Notes under the pieces: generated by a model | What the model saw: the letters and a program-made list of their open reading frames with translations, nothing else | Database searches by the model: none | Told to the model about the DNA's origin: nothing | In this document: positions 24,366 through 37,084 of the stretch, one piece after another | Position numbering within the stretch: position 1 is the first letter of the stretch | Layout of the letters: each line of letters starts with the position of its first letter | NCBI GenBank assembly: GCA_030265395.1 | Contig: JARFYF010000001.1 | Span: 124,749,106-124,813,105, forward strand | Source of the DNA: Rhina ancylostomus | Lineage: Eukaryota | DNA length: 64,000 nucleotides | Direction of reading: 5' to 3' | Made by a program: the position numbers and the translations under genes

Positions 24366-26224
24366 GTAGGTCCAATGGTGAAAAGGAGCTCCTACTTGAA
24401 TAAGGGGAAGAGTTATTTTTGGTTGACAAGTGAAAAATTGTTGATTCTTTCACAGTTTTGGTTCTCAATCAAAAAAAAATCAGTTGGTATTGGAAATCAT
24501 GCAATGCATAATGCACTGAAGGTATATTTAGTGATTATGGACCTCTTCTGACACAACGTAAGATTTTATTCCCAATCCCCCAGTTTTGCTGTGTGATGTG
24601 CCATTATGACTCCCTTTGTAAAAATTAAAGCTATGTCTATGGTGTTTCAGTTGACTTTGGCCTTATGCACAATCTTCTCAAAGGGCCGTGCCTGCACACT
24701 GTTATTCCTTCTGGTTCCTGCTCACATTGTCCTCTGATTGCATGTTTATCTTTCCAATCAATGTAATTCAATTTTTTTCTTTTTTTAATTTTGAGTAGTT
24801 GGACATTACTGGGTCAGTCACAAGGCACCAGAGAGAACTGAAGAATGTGATGTTGCTGTAGAAGATGCATTGGTTTTACCTTTATGATTTTCACTGTCAA
24901 ATAGACAGAGATCATTGCATGAGAAGTGGTTCAAATCCAAATGATTGCTGTTCATGCTTGTAAGTGTTTGCAGTCTCCCTGCAGGTTTAAGTGCCCTATT
25001 TTTGTCCATTGCAGAATATGATGAGTATAGCAAAAATGTTATTTTTGCCACATAAATTAAGCTCCTTTTTTCTTTTGATCTAGCTGGTTTGTTGTTTGAA
25101 CCATCATCAGTTGGAATATCGTTGCAATGTTCTGCTCAATTTCAGAGCTTTCTCTGTGATCAATTCTGAAATACATCATTTACTTCAGTGGACATTTTAT
25201 TGCGTTTCTAGTTTTTTTTTCCTATTTTTGTTTTTCATATTTTTGTTTCCAAGGCAGTATGGAAACAAGGGAACGCACTCGACCCACTTTTCCCCAGATT
25301 CATTCTGAGTTCCTTCTGTAATTCCAATGAAGTTATGGCAATGGCAGAAATTCTGAGGAAATTCAGGGCAAATTTTGTCTAAGACAACAGGATCAGTAGT
25401 CCAACTTAATGGACCTCTAAGTTGAGGAAAATCATGATGATCTTAGCAATAAGACAATGTCATACTTTCTCTTGTTTTACACTGTGATAAAAACAAAATA
25501 GAAATACATAAATAACAGTTTGGTTTGCATCCCATCCCTATCCAAGACATTAAGGAAGACATAGAGCCACATGGCAAAGTAAGTCTGCCAAGACCCACAG
25601 TGATCCCAGAGGGATGAGTTCAAACACCATCACATAAGTGGAGAATTTACTTCTTTAAATGAATAAATCTGGCCTGTAAAGCCAGTAACAATAGTAGTAG
25701 CCATGAAACTAGCAGGTTGTCATAAAAGCTTATGCAGTTTACCAATGGTAATCAGTTAAGGTAATTTACCATCCTTTGTCAGTCTGGCCTGTATGGGACT
25801 ACAGACCCACCAGTGTAGTTAACTACCACCTGAAATCCCCAAGCATTCAAGGGTAGTTATGGATAGATATTAAATGGTGGCCTTGTCAGCAATGTATCCA
25901 ACCAGTGAATGAAACAAGGTAAAATGTCACAGTCAAAGGTAGTACAGCTGAGATCTAAATTGTATGAAGTCAAGTGTTATATATGTTTTTTTCAATAGAC
26001 TATTGACCAACAAAATGGCTTTAATCACTTTAAAAGTGTTTATACTATTTAGGTGTTTAAAATATTCTTTTTTTATCTTTTGAATAGTGGTGTGAATTAA
26101 GGAGCTAAAATTAAAGACTGTGTTCAAAACTTTCAGATTCCTAATAATTTTTCTCCTCTGTTGTGATTTTCAACAAAAGAATTGAAAATGTTTTGAGTAA
26201 CAAAACACCAGTAATGCTGAAAAA

Positions 26225-26400
26225 GTGAAATAACAGAAAATGCTGGTAATACTCAGCAGGTCAGGCAGTATCTATGGAAAGAGTTCCTTCCTTTAGAACC
26301 CTTTACGGATGAAAGGTTATCGACTTGAAATGTTCCTTCTATTTCATTCTCCATGGATGCAGTCTGACCTGCCAAATATATCCAGCACTTCCTGTTTTAA
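26225..26400. mobile_element. Palindromic Penelope-type element with central hammerhead-like core
   Basis: Left arm tgctggtaatactcagcaggtcaggcagtatctatgga; right arm tccatggatgcagtctgacctgccaaatatatccagca; centre cggatgaaaggttatcgacttgaaatgtt. Confidence 0.7.
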
Positions 26401-26549
26401 TTGCAAATGTTGTTTCATTTGTCAGCAAATTAGGAATGCAATTATGTAAAAATGAAGAAACAGCAACAGTGCATCAGTCAAAGAGTAATGACAGGAAACT
26501 TTTTTCCAAAATGAAGCAAATTCTTAATGCCATTTTAGAAACTAATGTT

Positions 26550-27140
26550 CTTCCAATGGCTCAATCTTTAACCTCTGTGCCAAGTGTTACTAAGCTGCAA
26601 GGTGTGATCCCTGGGTTGGGCTGGGTTAGTCAATCATGGTTGAAGATTCCAGCTTCAGGGATCAGAATTGTGGGAATTCCAGTTATATGGATGCCAAATG
26701 AAAATAGGATTGGCACCTTTTGGGATTGAATGTCTTACCAAAGGGAAGAGTACCTCACAGGAACAGGCCACGATGTCTGAATAGATGTTCAATACATATC
26801 TCGAACTCTATTTTGCTTTCAGTGCATACGGTGAGAAAGTAATAATCCACATTCAAACAAGTCCACTATTATCAATAATTCAAATAGCTTCTTTGCCATT
26901 TTAAAAGTTGATGCATTGATATGGGCAAGTTCCAAACTTATGCCTGGTTTGGTAATCACAATCAAATCAGTAAATGGACCCAATAATTACATCTGCAGTC
27001 CTGGTTCAGAAAAAGAAGAAATAATGCAGAGGTCCCACTCCTGATTGCTTGCCTCTTGATTCTACTGTGTATGTCAGATGAAAACAGTATCATGTCAAAT
27101 AATCAGTTTGGCAATCTCACTGTCTGGGTTCACACAGATT
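26550..27140 (+). mobile_element. LF-SINE-like relic fragments
   Basis: ggtgtgatccctgggttgggctgggttagtcaatc head-like; gtcccactcctgattgc...ctcactgtctgggttcacaca tail-like; recognised from memory. Confidence 0.4.
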
Positions 27141-29279
27141 ACAACCAGAGGAAGGTCATATTACATGAAATCTGCCCTCTGCACAATTGATCAAGAGACC
27201 TGGTTTGGGGTTTGTAACTTTTCAGCTTAATGTCCATCATATTGTAAATATGTAGTCTGTATAGCTCACCCAGCTATGTAGCAGAGTTGAGATTAAAATT
27301 GTCCATGCTAGCTTTTATCATTCTAGTCTTGTCCAAACCACGTAGGTGTTTTAGTTGATCCATCTTTGGCAACAAACGGAGAGAATTCCATCTTCTGTGT
27401 GAAATAGCAATTTGTAAAGTGAAATCAGAAAAGAGAGCACATTCACCAAAATGTAACTAGAAGCCCACTTAGAGAGGACCTCCTGACTTCAATGATGTAT
27501 TTTCAGGCAGACATAGCCAGGAATTGTCCATCTAAGAACTGGTGTCCAGTTACATGGATTACCAGGGTGGTTCATGCAGGAGCAGGGACCAGTACTCTTG
27601 CATTTGCAATTCTGACCTAACTTCTTCAGTTGGTTTCCTTGTTCTTTGATTTCCAGAAATCTAGCAGTTCATTTGATTCTCTTATTTGACCTGTTTGATT
27701 ACCTCTAAGATGTCTTTATATTTCTTTTAATTCTTTCAAAGTTGCAGTATATATTGATGTTCACAATATGATTCTGAAGCTTCATTACTAGTACCTTAGT
27801 GGGTAAACTTGATTCTGCCAGTTAAAGAACTTTGAAAGTTGCACTTCTAAGAATCTTTTCTGTCAGATATAATCTTCATTATGATGAAAGAGTTTTTAGT
27901 TCCTTATTCTGTACCCTAATTAAGCTCCAGTTTACTGAAATTAGGACAAAAAATATCCTTTTCACACATTCATAGGGTTTATCAGACAAAGGCTTCCCCA
28001 CCCTGAGAATCACCATTATATATTTATGCAATTAGTTATAGGTAGGATATTTTGTTTGGAAGTAGAGAAATGACATTTGAATGCAATGGATATTTGCCCT
28101 CTTTGAGCACGTGTCTTTGATGAAAAAGAAGATAAATTCACTCTGTAAATAAAGTACTCTTAAAAACTAGAAGAATCCTTTGTGGCTAGCAGTGTAACTT
28201 GACAGAATTGTTTTGAGCAAACGTTACAGAGACTTTAGCGTGAGCCAAGGTTTCTTTCTTTCAAAAATACCTCCATAGATGCATCTGAAAACCAATCTGT
28301 GGAAACCCTACAATTTGACAAATTAGCCATTCTCCCCCCCAAGTTCTATTAAAACCAAATGCATCCTTTCAAATGGCTGCAAAATTTAAAAAGACGTCAC
28401 ACCAAATTTCCCATTCACGCAGCAATGGGGACTCACATTGATACTCTGAATTCATACTGCATAGTTAATGCAGCCCTCAGAGGAAAAATCGGCATGTTAG
28501 CAGGAGATGCCATATGGACAGGCAGACTTCCCACTTTGCTACTAATTCATAAATCAGAAGAAAATGCAAGTTAATTTGTCTTCAATATAAATTTAAATTC
28601 AGTAAACTCCCAACATCTGTTAGTTAATTTCACAAATAAAGGCACACTTCAGTTATTGAAACAAAGCTGTTGGAATGAGAATTGTATGAGAGGACTTAAT
28701 ATTCTGTTGATCTACTCCGAAAGGAATATCAACCATCAAAAATGTAGAACATTTACAGGACCACAGCTACTTGACAGTATATGATCTTTAGTGGGCCTGC
28801 TGTGCCTCTGAGACAACCTTCATCAAGAGAATAGTGATGGATGCTATTATGATCAATATGATTGATCAATATGATTCTATGTATACAACTGAACCATGTC
28901 AATGTTCAACTAAGTAGTGAGACAGAAATTCCAGATTGGTCCATGTTATGGAAATATTTGTTGCTAATAGGTTTATCTGATATTTACTTTAATGCTCAGC
29001 TCCTTGGTGACAAGCAGAATCAACCATATATTTTGGGACAATTGTGGTTAGACTAGACATGTGGCACAGCTGGTTGATTCACCTAATGTTTTTCTGGAAG
29101 TAACGTCCAAGTTGCGATTTTTATTGAACCCAGTTCACAAGTTTTTTATGGCATAATGACCTCTGCACTAAACTAGTGGACCACCAAATCATTTTGAAAT
29201 ACTGGAGAAGTCTGTAAAGTGGCACATCTGCATAGCAAGTTTCATTTTCTGACTGTTCAAGGAGAAGCTTCAAATGAAT

Positions 29280-29333
29280 CTTAGCAGGTCAGGCAACATC
29301 TATAGAGGGAAATAAACAGTCAACGTTTTGAGC
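29280..29333 (-). mobile_element. Penelope-type terminal fragment running into a gap
   Basis: agcaggtcaggcaacatctatagagggaaataaacagtcaacgtttt. Confidence 0.55.
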
Positions 29334-29464
29334 NNNNNNNNNNNNNNNNNNNNNNNNNNNNNNNNNNNNNNNNNNNNNNNNNNNNNNNNNNNNNNNNNNN
29401 NNNNNNNNNNNNNNNNNNNNNNNNNNNNNNNNNTGCCTTTAAATTGTCTCATCATTTTTTCCAT

Positions 29465-29680
29465 TGTGATCTTATAATGGTAGCTGCCAATGTAAGCTCC
29501 GTAGTCTAATTGTGTTCTTTCTCGTACAATTTTGTATAATTTATGTTTAATTTATGTTTTTCTTGTGAATGTTGTGTATCTGATGTTAAGCGTCTGTGAT
29601 GCTCCCGCAAGTATGTTTTTCAATGCACCTGTGCATACATAGAGTTGTGTATATGACAATAAACTCGACTTTGACTTTGT
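29465..29680 (+). mobile_element. Rex1/Babar-like 3' UTR
   Basis: tgtatatgacaataaactcgactttgacttt short-repeat tail. Confidence 0.5.
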
Positions 29681-30234
29681 GGCACTGAATGTTATGTACT
29701 GTTTATTATATTTGCACCAGGGAGTAGATCTCCACTGTGTCAATTGTTTAATTTTGTAAACTGAGTGCTAGTGCTCAAAGTGTCAGCAGATTTACAACCT
29801 CTGGAGCAGGTGGAAACTGTGTGTGGCATTAGTTTCCATTCACAATTACAGACAATGGGATAGGAGCCTCATAATACTGACCACATACTTTAAACATAGT
29901 TTGTTTCATCAAAAATGAGAGTGTTTCGATTCAAGGCACTCTATGCCCCAGCACAAAATGGAACTAGAGAGCTTCACTAAAAACCAATAAAAGTCCATCA
30001 TGTTCTTTATAAAGGTTATTGCTCTAATTTACTGAAGCTTGTTCCAACAAGATGTGGTCTTTGTTTAATGTTTCATCTTCAGCCACCGTTTATTTCAGAA
30101 ATGCATCTTGTGATAATATTGATCCTGCTTTTGTTATGTTCCTTAGAATATACAATCTCCTGTAGTACTCCAATATATTGAAAAGCACATCTGAGGATCC
30201 TTTACAGTTTTTGATGTGTGTTGTTCTATTACAG

Positions 30235-30311
30235 CTATCCATGAATTTCCAAGTGATCTATTTACCAATAAGGAAAGACAACACGGAGGAGTATTACTTC
30301 ATATAACAGGA
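30235..30311 (+). CDS. SLC24A4: SLC24A4/NCKX4 internal exon (equivalent to human exon 3), 77 bp, phase 1->0
   Basis: ttctattacag|CT ATC CAT...ACA GGA|gtaagt; translates (A)IHEFPSDLFTNKERQHGGVLLHITG, matching NCKX4 AIHEFPTDLFSNKERQHGAVLLHILG better than NCKX3 ALHEFPNDIFTNEDRRQG. Confidence 0.95.
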
Positions 30312-33300
30312 GTAAGTATAATTATACAGATTTTCACTTGGGATTGTGCCCATGGCATATTTATTTTGTATTATTTTTTAACTTGCAATATCTTTTCTAG
30401 GTAAAGTAGCCACAAACAAAGGAAACAAACTTTACTGCAAAAGGAAAACAAGACTTTTTATCCAATTTTTACCTTCTAAAGTTAGATAAGAATATAAGAG
30501 ACAGAAACAGAAGACCACTTAGCTTCCCGTGCCTACTATACCATTCAATCTGTTCACAGCTGCTCTTTCACCTCAGCCACATTTTCCTGTATCAGCCCCA
30601 TGTCTCCAGATTTTCTTCATATACAAAAGCGAGATCAAATTTTATATAATTATGAAAAACAACTTATGTATTCTGTCTTGCTATGAGAAAATTCATATGG
30701 GAAAATTGCACATGTACTGCTCATCATTTTTCATTGTTGATCTTCCAACTTACACTAAGTGATAAGGAACTCCCTCATTCAAGAGAATTTACATCATCTT
30801 TTCTGAATAAGTAGATAAGTTATTTGTGATTATCAGGTCTCTACCTTCAAAGGGACTCATAAAACAATGTCCATGTTATATGCTTTAAATCATTGAAGCT
30901 AGATGAATTGCTGAGCTAAAGAAATTGTTAAAGTTATTGACTCTATTCATCTACATATACATGCACAAATATCAATGAAAGTTGCATTTTAGGTACATAC
31001 ATTGGGTAGTGTACAGGAAAGGAATGATATCCAGCAGATAGGTACAACTTCAAACCTAATGTGGCAGGAAGCATGCATTAAGTTAAGTAAATAACCAGTT
31101 AAAGATAATTTCCATTAGCCAAGAAACCTGCAAAAAGAGGCAGTTCCATATCCTGCTAGATATTAGAACACAATAAACTCATCACTGAGAAAAGGTCAAG
31201 GCTTACCAAGGTTATCACAGTGTGTTTTGAACTGCCATGTTTCATTATCTTTTAACATTTAATATATCATTGATCAATGAGATTATCCCTAAGACTTCCT
31301 CCTAGCGTATAACATTTAAGTTCCTTTAATCTTTTCTCATAATCAGTGATCTTTACATTTAAGGTGAGTATTCCAAATGTAGTTATAACTTGTCCTGATG
31401 TACTGGCCAAAGTCCATTCTAATAGTGGTCCATCAGTTCAGTAATATAGTTTTACCATAATCTTTGTTTCATTTTTCAGTGTTATATATCCTTAGATTCA
31501 CCAAGTTTTTATCTGCCACCATTTCACATGGAAAACTTGTCGCTCTATTCCTCAGGTTTTTTCAGCTCACTCTGGTGAAAGGGTGCTACCTTCCCATAGA
31601 CAACAAATCAGAAAATATATGTTATTTTTTCAAAATAAATGAGCTCCTCTAATTATTGCATCAGTATGGTTCACAGGGACCCATATAAAAGTTATCCATG
31701 TTATTTATTTTGGGTAATTGAAGAAAGATGAACTGTGTCAGGCTCGAGGGAGGTTAAATGGCCTACTCCTGTTTCTGTTAGATTTTTAAATTGCTTTGCT
31801 GCATTATCTGGCTCCTTTCTTAATCTTACTGTGCTGACTGTTCTCTTCACATTATTCACATCTTCCACAATTTTTAAGCTATGTGGAATTATTTGCAGTT
31901 TCAATAGGCCATATGCATTTATTTAACCATGTAACTGATCTAAATCCTTATTGAAATCTTTTGCTGAAGTTTCTATTTCTCACAGTTGTTCTCCTTGTGT
32001 TATCAGGAAAAGTGATCAATTTACAGTCCTTTTTAATATCCCAGCCGACAAACAAAAACCTATATTGATAACATTACTGATTTTTATGAGGTTCTCCCCA
32101 ACTGGNNNNNNNNNNNNNNNNNNNNNNNNNNNNNNNNNNNNNNNNNNNNNNNNNNNNNNNNNNNNNNNNNNNNNNNNNNNNNNNNNNNNNNNNNNNNNNN
32201 NNNNNACAAAAATGTAATTAATTGTGAGTTATTATTAGAGGCAGTTGTGGAAGTGTCCTGCATGCAATTTGGGAAGGAGTTTCTGCTTGGGAGACCTCAT
32301 CAGTAGGCTCTCAAAAGGATTTTCTTAGGCACAATGGAAGCAAATAGCTAAGCTGGTGCTCATCAATTTCGCACTTTCAGGTGCATGATAAAAACCTCTG
32401 CAGCAAGAAGTTAACCAGGACAATCAAGGTGAGAGAGGTCAGCCATATTTCTGAGAATGTACTCCATTGAGCATGCCTGCCTCAATTAGCCTGTCATTTT
32501 GCTGAAGTGCTATTAGGGTTTGCCATACATGTTCTTGTTAAAGACCCCATTATACAACCAGTTTTAATGTGAAATTCTTACTTTATGCATAGACTCATAA
32601 ACATGGATTTTCACAAATACTTGTGAACTGTTTGCTTATTTGTCTATCTACCAACATGCACTTCAGGGTGAACAGAGGTCACTCTTTTTATATTTTTCTT
32701 TAATAGAAAAGGCCTAACCTTTGGTCTCTCACATTCAACTTGGAATGGCCTTGGGATGATACATTGACATGGGTAATGTGTGGAAGTACTATTGATAGTG
32801 ACAAGAATGAGAAGTGTATGAGCTGACTTGTGCAAAAGGTGCATCTGCTGATGGCATCTTTGTGTTGGGAATGGATATGTTGTAGATAGGCCTGTTTATG
32901 CATCGGCAAGGTGTGATAGTAAAGAAGCATAACCATCAACAGAGTGTCTTCCCGTTACTGTATGTTATAACAGCTTCATGGCTGCTTTTACTGTTACCAG
33001 TTTATTTCATCTCAAGGCCAATCTTTAAGTTGCTATATTAGGATTTTCTCATGCACTCTCATATTGCAGAGGATGCCATGTCAGTACCTCAGTCCTTACT
33101 TTCGCCCAGTGTCTTAGAATCGCAGAGAGAATCCACTTTCTACATCTTTTACAGGACCGTGTTGTACTCGAGCTGTCCCGAGTGTCCTGTTCTTCTTCAA
33201 GTACCCTCTAGCCATATTTCCTCGGATATCTGTTTAAGGTATGAGATAGCCTGGGAACCTCTGATGTTAAGACTCAAAGCTTATGCTCAGCCTTGATGCT

Positions 33301-35069
33301 GTCCTTCCCAGACCTTGATTAGGTGCCATTTCACCTCCTTGGCTGAATATCTCACTGTAAGTGTAATTTGTACTGAGCTGCAAGACTTTGGTTTTGTGAT
33401 GGTTTTAGCAGGCAGCGACAAGATGTCATTTGTATTCGTATAGTTCTTATTGCTCTGATTTCATATATTGTTTTCCATGTGGTCAAAACGCAAAACAAAA
33501 CATGTTTTATCTGCAGTTTCCACTGCATGTGTATAGGAGATCTGTTAGCATCTGAGTGGCTTGATGGGACCGGTCAAAAAAACTGTAATTAGCTCCTGAG
33601 CTAAATGGTCCATTAGCAGTTTCCAGATCATAACCAACAAACTGGTTTCATTTAGAATTATCTCTTATTTTATTGAACAAAATATATATTTTATTTCTGA
33701 GCAACTGCTGTCATTTCTCTGAGAACGTTCAGGTCACCTGCATATATCTGTGCAAATCTGGCAGTCCAAAACTTCCTCAAAGGAGATCCGACATTGGATA
33801 ACTCCTGGAGCCCATTTGTGGAGCACAAGCATCCTGCAGTTTCCCAGCAATTACACTGGGGAATCAGCCTGCTGAACCTGTTCCAGACTTGGGTTAGTTC
33901 AGCAGATGCATTTATTTCAGTGGAGAGGAACAAGTCTCTGGGAATAAAACAAGTTTCAGGTAATTTGCAATGTAAATGTATTTATTTTAGTGTTTTTGTC
34001 TTTCTAAGTGTTCTGAAAATGTTTAATTTTTAATAGTTTTTGAAAGTTTGTGAATAAAATTGTTTAACAGCATTGACAGCTGGTTCAGCCTAGGGGTGTT
34101 GCTTTAACCGGCTGTCAAAGTATTTCTCTGGGATTACAGTCAGGGGTCCCTGTACTACGCAAGCGACTTGAGAGCTGGTTTCACTCAGGAAATTCTCCCC
34201 AGTAGATCAGCACAAGGCAAGAGTTGATTTAGCAGGCAAGCAAGCAATGGGGAAATTCCAGGTCATAAATTTATTGCTCTGTGTGGAATCTTGCTGTGCA
34301 TAAATTGATTGCTGATTTCTAAATATAACAGTGACTTCACAGCAGTTATCACTGCTTCAGCTCTGGGAAAGGCACTCTGGCAATGCCACGATACTGTCTA
34401 CTGTCTTAGTTACTGTACTTAGTTTACTGTGCATTTGAATCTTAGTTTTGGATTTCCACAAGCAATAAGCACAGCAACAGTGATGTTGTTATAACAGTGA
34501 TATGTTGAATTGAAAGCAATCATCCTTGTTCCATTTTAAGAGCAGAGTTTCATAATAGTAATTTGATTTTAGTTTGTTAGGCTAAGAGCAGAAGGCTAAC
34601 TCTAAGCCAGTGATGAAATCCCAAATTTTACCCCCCACATCCCAACAATGGCAGGCAATGAAACTGTGCAATGCCACAAAATGTACTGACTGCTTCTTTT
34701 CCTAATTCTTGGGCAAAGCTGTCTTGTCTGGGCAGCAGCTAATGCAAGGATGCTTGATGCCAACACTGAGACCACACATCTCCAGCACTATAAACCCTTG
34801 TCTTAATGAGAAGGGAGAGATATTAGACTCGCCTTTGCCCCTGGAAACTGACTATTTCTGGATCACAGTCAATAGGAAAATGAAAGAAAGACCAGGATCC
34901 CATGATGTGTGTCCTTTTAATTGCTACCCAGCTTCCAATGCTTCCTTCAAGATATGGAATACAGACGTCAGATGACGCCAGAATTCAGGGATTGTTTTTC
35001 CAGGTCCCCACCTACAGTGCCAATGTGTAGAGCTTCTAAGAAAAAGAAGCTGGGAACAAACAGATTGAT

Positions 35070-36130
35070 AAACATATGAATTAGGAGCAGGAATAGGCCA
35101 GAAGGCCCCTCTAGCCTGTAGAACCGTAGCTGATCTGATTTTAACCTCAGCTCCATGTTCCAATTTACTCATCATAACCTTTCATTGCCTTTCCTATCTA
35201 GAAGCTATCTATATTTGCTTTAAATATATTCAAAAACTCTGCTTCCACCACACTTTGAGGAAGAACATTCCAAAGACTCACGACCCTCTGAGGGGAGAAA
35301 AAATTGTATCACCTCTATCTTAAGTGGGCTCCCTTTATTTTTAAATAGTGTCACCCTAGTTCTAGATTCACCCAGAAGAGGAAACATCTTCTCCAAATCC
35401 AGGATGTTATATGTTTCAGTCAAGCTCCCTTCTAAACCTCCAGTGGATACAAACCTAGCCTTTCTAACCTTTCTGCCCACCATTCCAGTTATTGGTTGAG
35501 TAGGCATTCTGTTAAATGCCTTCAACCAATCCACATCCTTCCTTAAATAAGGAGACCAGTAGTGTCTCATCACTCTTCTTTATAATTGAAACATTAATTT
35601 CCTGCTTTTTCATTCAATTCCCTGAGCAATAAACAACATTTTGTTAGCTTGCCCAGTTATTTGAGAAACAAATAATTTTGCCTGATTATGTGCTGTTCTT
35701 CCATGTTAACCTTCTGTGAAGCATGAATTACAACACCCAGATCCTACTGCATCTTGGAGCTCCACAGCCTCTTGCCAAATGGATAAGTTCTTTTATTTTT
35801 CCTGCCAAAATTGAGAATTTCACATTTTCCAACATTATATTCCATTTGCTAGATCTTTGCCCACTCTACTTTCCTAATTAGCTTTGTGTCATCAGTAAAT
35901 TTAGCAATCACACCTTCACTGCCTTCATCCAGATCTTTTATATAAATTGTGAATAGTTGAGGCCTAAGCACTAGTCCCTGTGGCACACCTCTCTTAGCAT
36001 CCTGCTGACCAGGAAAGGATCTCTTTATGCCTGCTCTGTTTCCTGTTTACCAGCCAGTCTTCCATCCACGCCAATATTTTACCTCCTACACCATGAGCTT
36101 TTATTTTCCACAATGTGTTTAACCTCATTG
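35070..36130 (-). mobile_element. Degenerate CR1 LINE 3' ~1 kb
   Basis: WSPYLRKDV, MFPLLGESRTR motifs; reverse complement of gtgtcatcagtaaattt = KFTDDT (RT FADD site). Confidence 0.85.
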
Positions 36131-36199
36131 GGTGTGATGTGGAGTGTCTGGTAATTTATAAAACTGACTGAGTCCCTGGGGACTTCATTGTTACCTCTG

Positions 36200-36695
36200 G
36201 GTAACTGAACATGGGACTGTGCGTGTTTACCTGGACTCAGGACAATCCATCCATATCTGGATTCGGGTCCCTGTGTGCCTACCTGACTCAAATGTGCATG
36301 CATTCCTGGACACAGGACTATGTGTGCATAACCAGACTTGGGATTGTATACGTATATATATGTAGATAGTCAAAAAATTGCAGATGCTGGAAACCTAAAA
36401 TGTAAAGAGAAAATGCTGAAGCACTCAGCAGGTCCAGCAGCAGTTTTGCAGAAAGAGAAACAGAGTTAATATTTTAGGTCAAAGACACTTTGTCACAATT
36501 AGTATGCACATGCAGGCATACTTGAACTTGGGTCTGCATGGACACACCTGGGCTTGTGACTCCGTGTGTAAACATGCACTTGGAATCATGCATGCATACC
36601 TTGAGACAGGACTGTGCATAGATAATTGGACTCAAGACAATGCATACATACCTGGTTAAAGACTGTGCGCGCATACCTGGACATGAATACTTGGA
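36200..36695. repeat. Degenerate ~26-bp tandem repeat (consensus ~ctggactcaggactgtgtgtgcatac), continuing at 38115-38440
   Basis: Units such as ctggacacaggactatgtgtgcataa and ctggattcgggtccctgtgtgcctac; interrupted by a Penelope-type fragment at ~36370-36500. Confidence 0.6.
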
Positions 36696-36748
36696 TCAGC
36701 AAAGACTTGGAATAAATCGTTTGTATCTGCCACCATGACAAAAAAAAT

Positions 36749-37072
36749 GGGCAGCACAATGACACAGCCTCACAGCTGCAGTGACCTAGGTTCAGTCCTG
36801 ACCTCCGGTGCTGTCAGTGTGCAGTTTGCATGTTCTCCTTGTGACTGCATGAGTTTCTCCAGTTTCCTCCTATGCGTGGGTTGGTAGTTTAATTCGCCAC
36901 TGTAAATTGCCCCTATAGTGCTGACAAGAGGTAGAATCTGGGGGAAGTTGAGGGGAACGTGAGGAGAATGAAATGGGACTAGTGTGGGACTAGCGTAAAG
37001 GTATTCTTGATGGTCAGCATAGACCTGACGGGCCAAAGGGCCTTTTTCTGTGCTGTATAAGTCTAAGACTCT
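36749..37072 (+). mobile_element. tRNA-derived SINE
   Basis: ggttcagtcctgacctccggtgctgtcagtgtgcagtttgcatgttctcc; tail gggccaaagggcct...gtgctgtat. Confidence 0.8.
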
Positions 37073-37084
37073 ACAGCTCTTAAT

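Noticed and set aside
24799-24959. Possible exon between an acceptor at 24798 and a gtaagt donor at 24960
   Set aside because: The phase-1 frame hits TGA, the length is not a multiple of 3, and it does not resemble NCKX exon 2.
25254-25382. Strong pyrimidine tract and AG, a possible SLC24A4 exon 2
   Set aside because: The phase-1 frame stops after ~22 codons, there is no good donor and no NCTxP-like ending.
36200-36695. Regularly spaced repeats resembling a CRISPR array or zinc-finger cluster
   Set aside because: The context is eukaryotic, the units are degenerate and contiguous with no unique spacers, and the period is not a multiple of 3.
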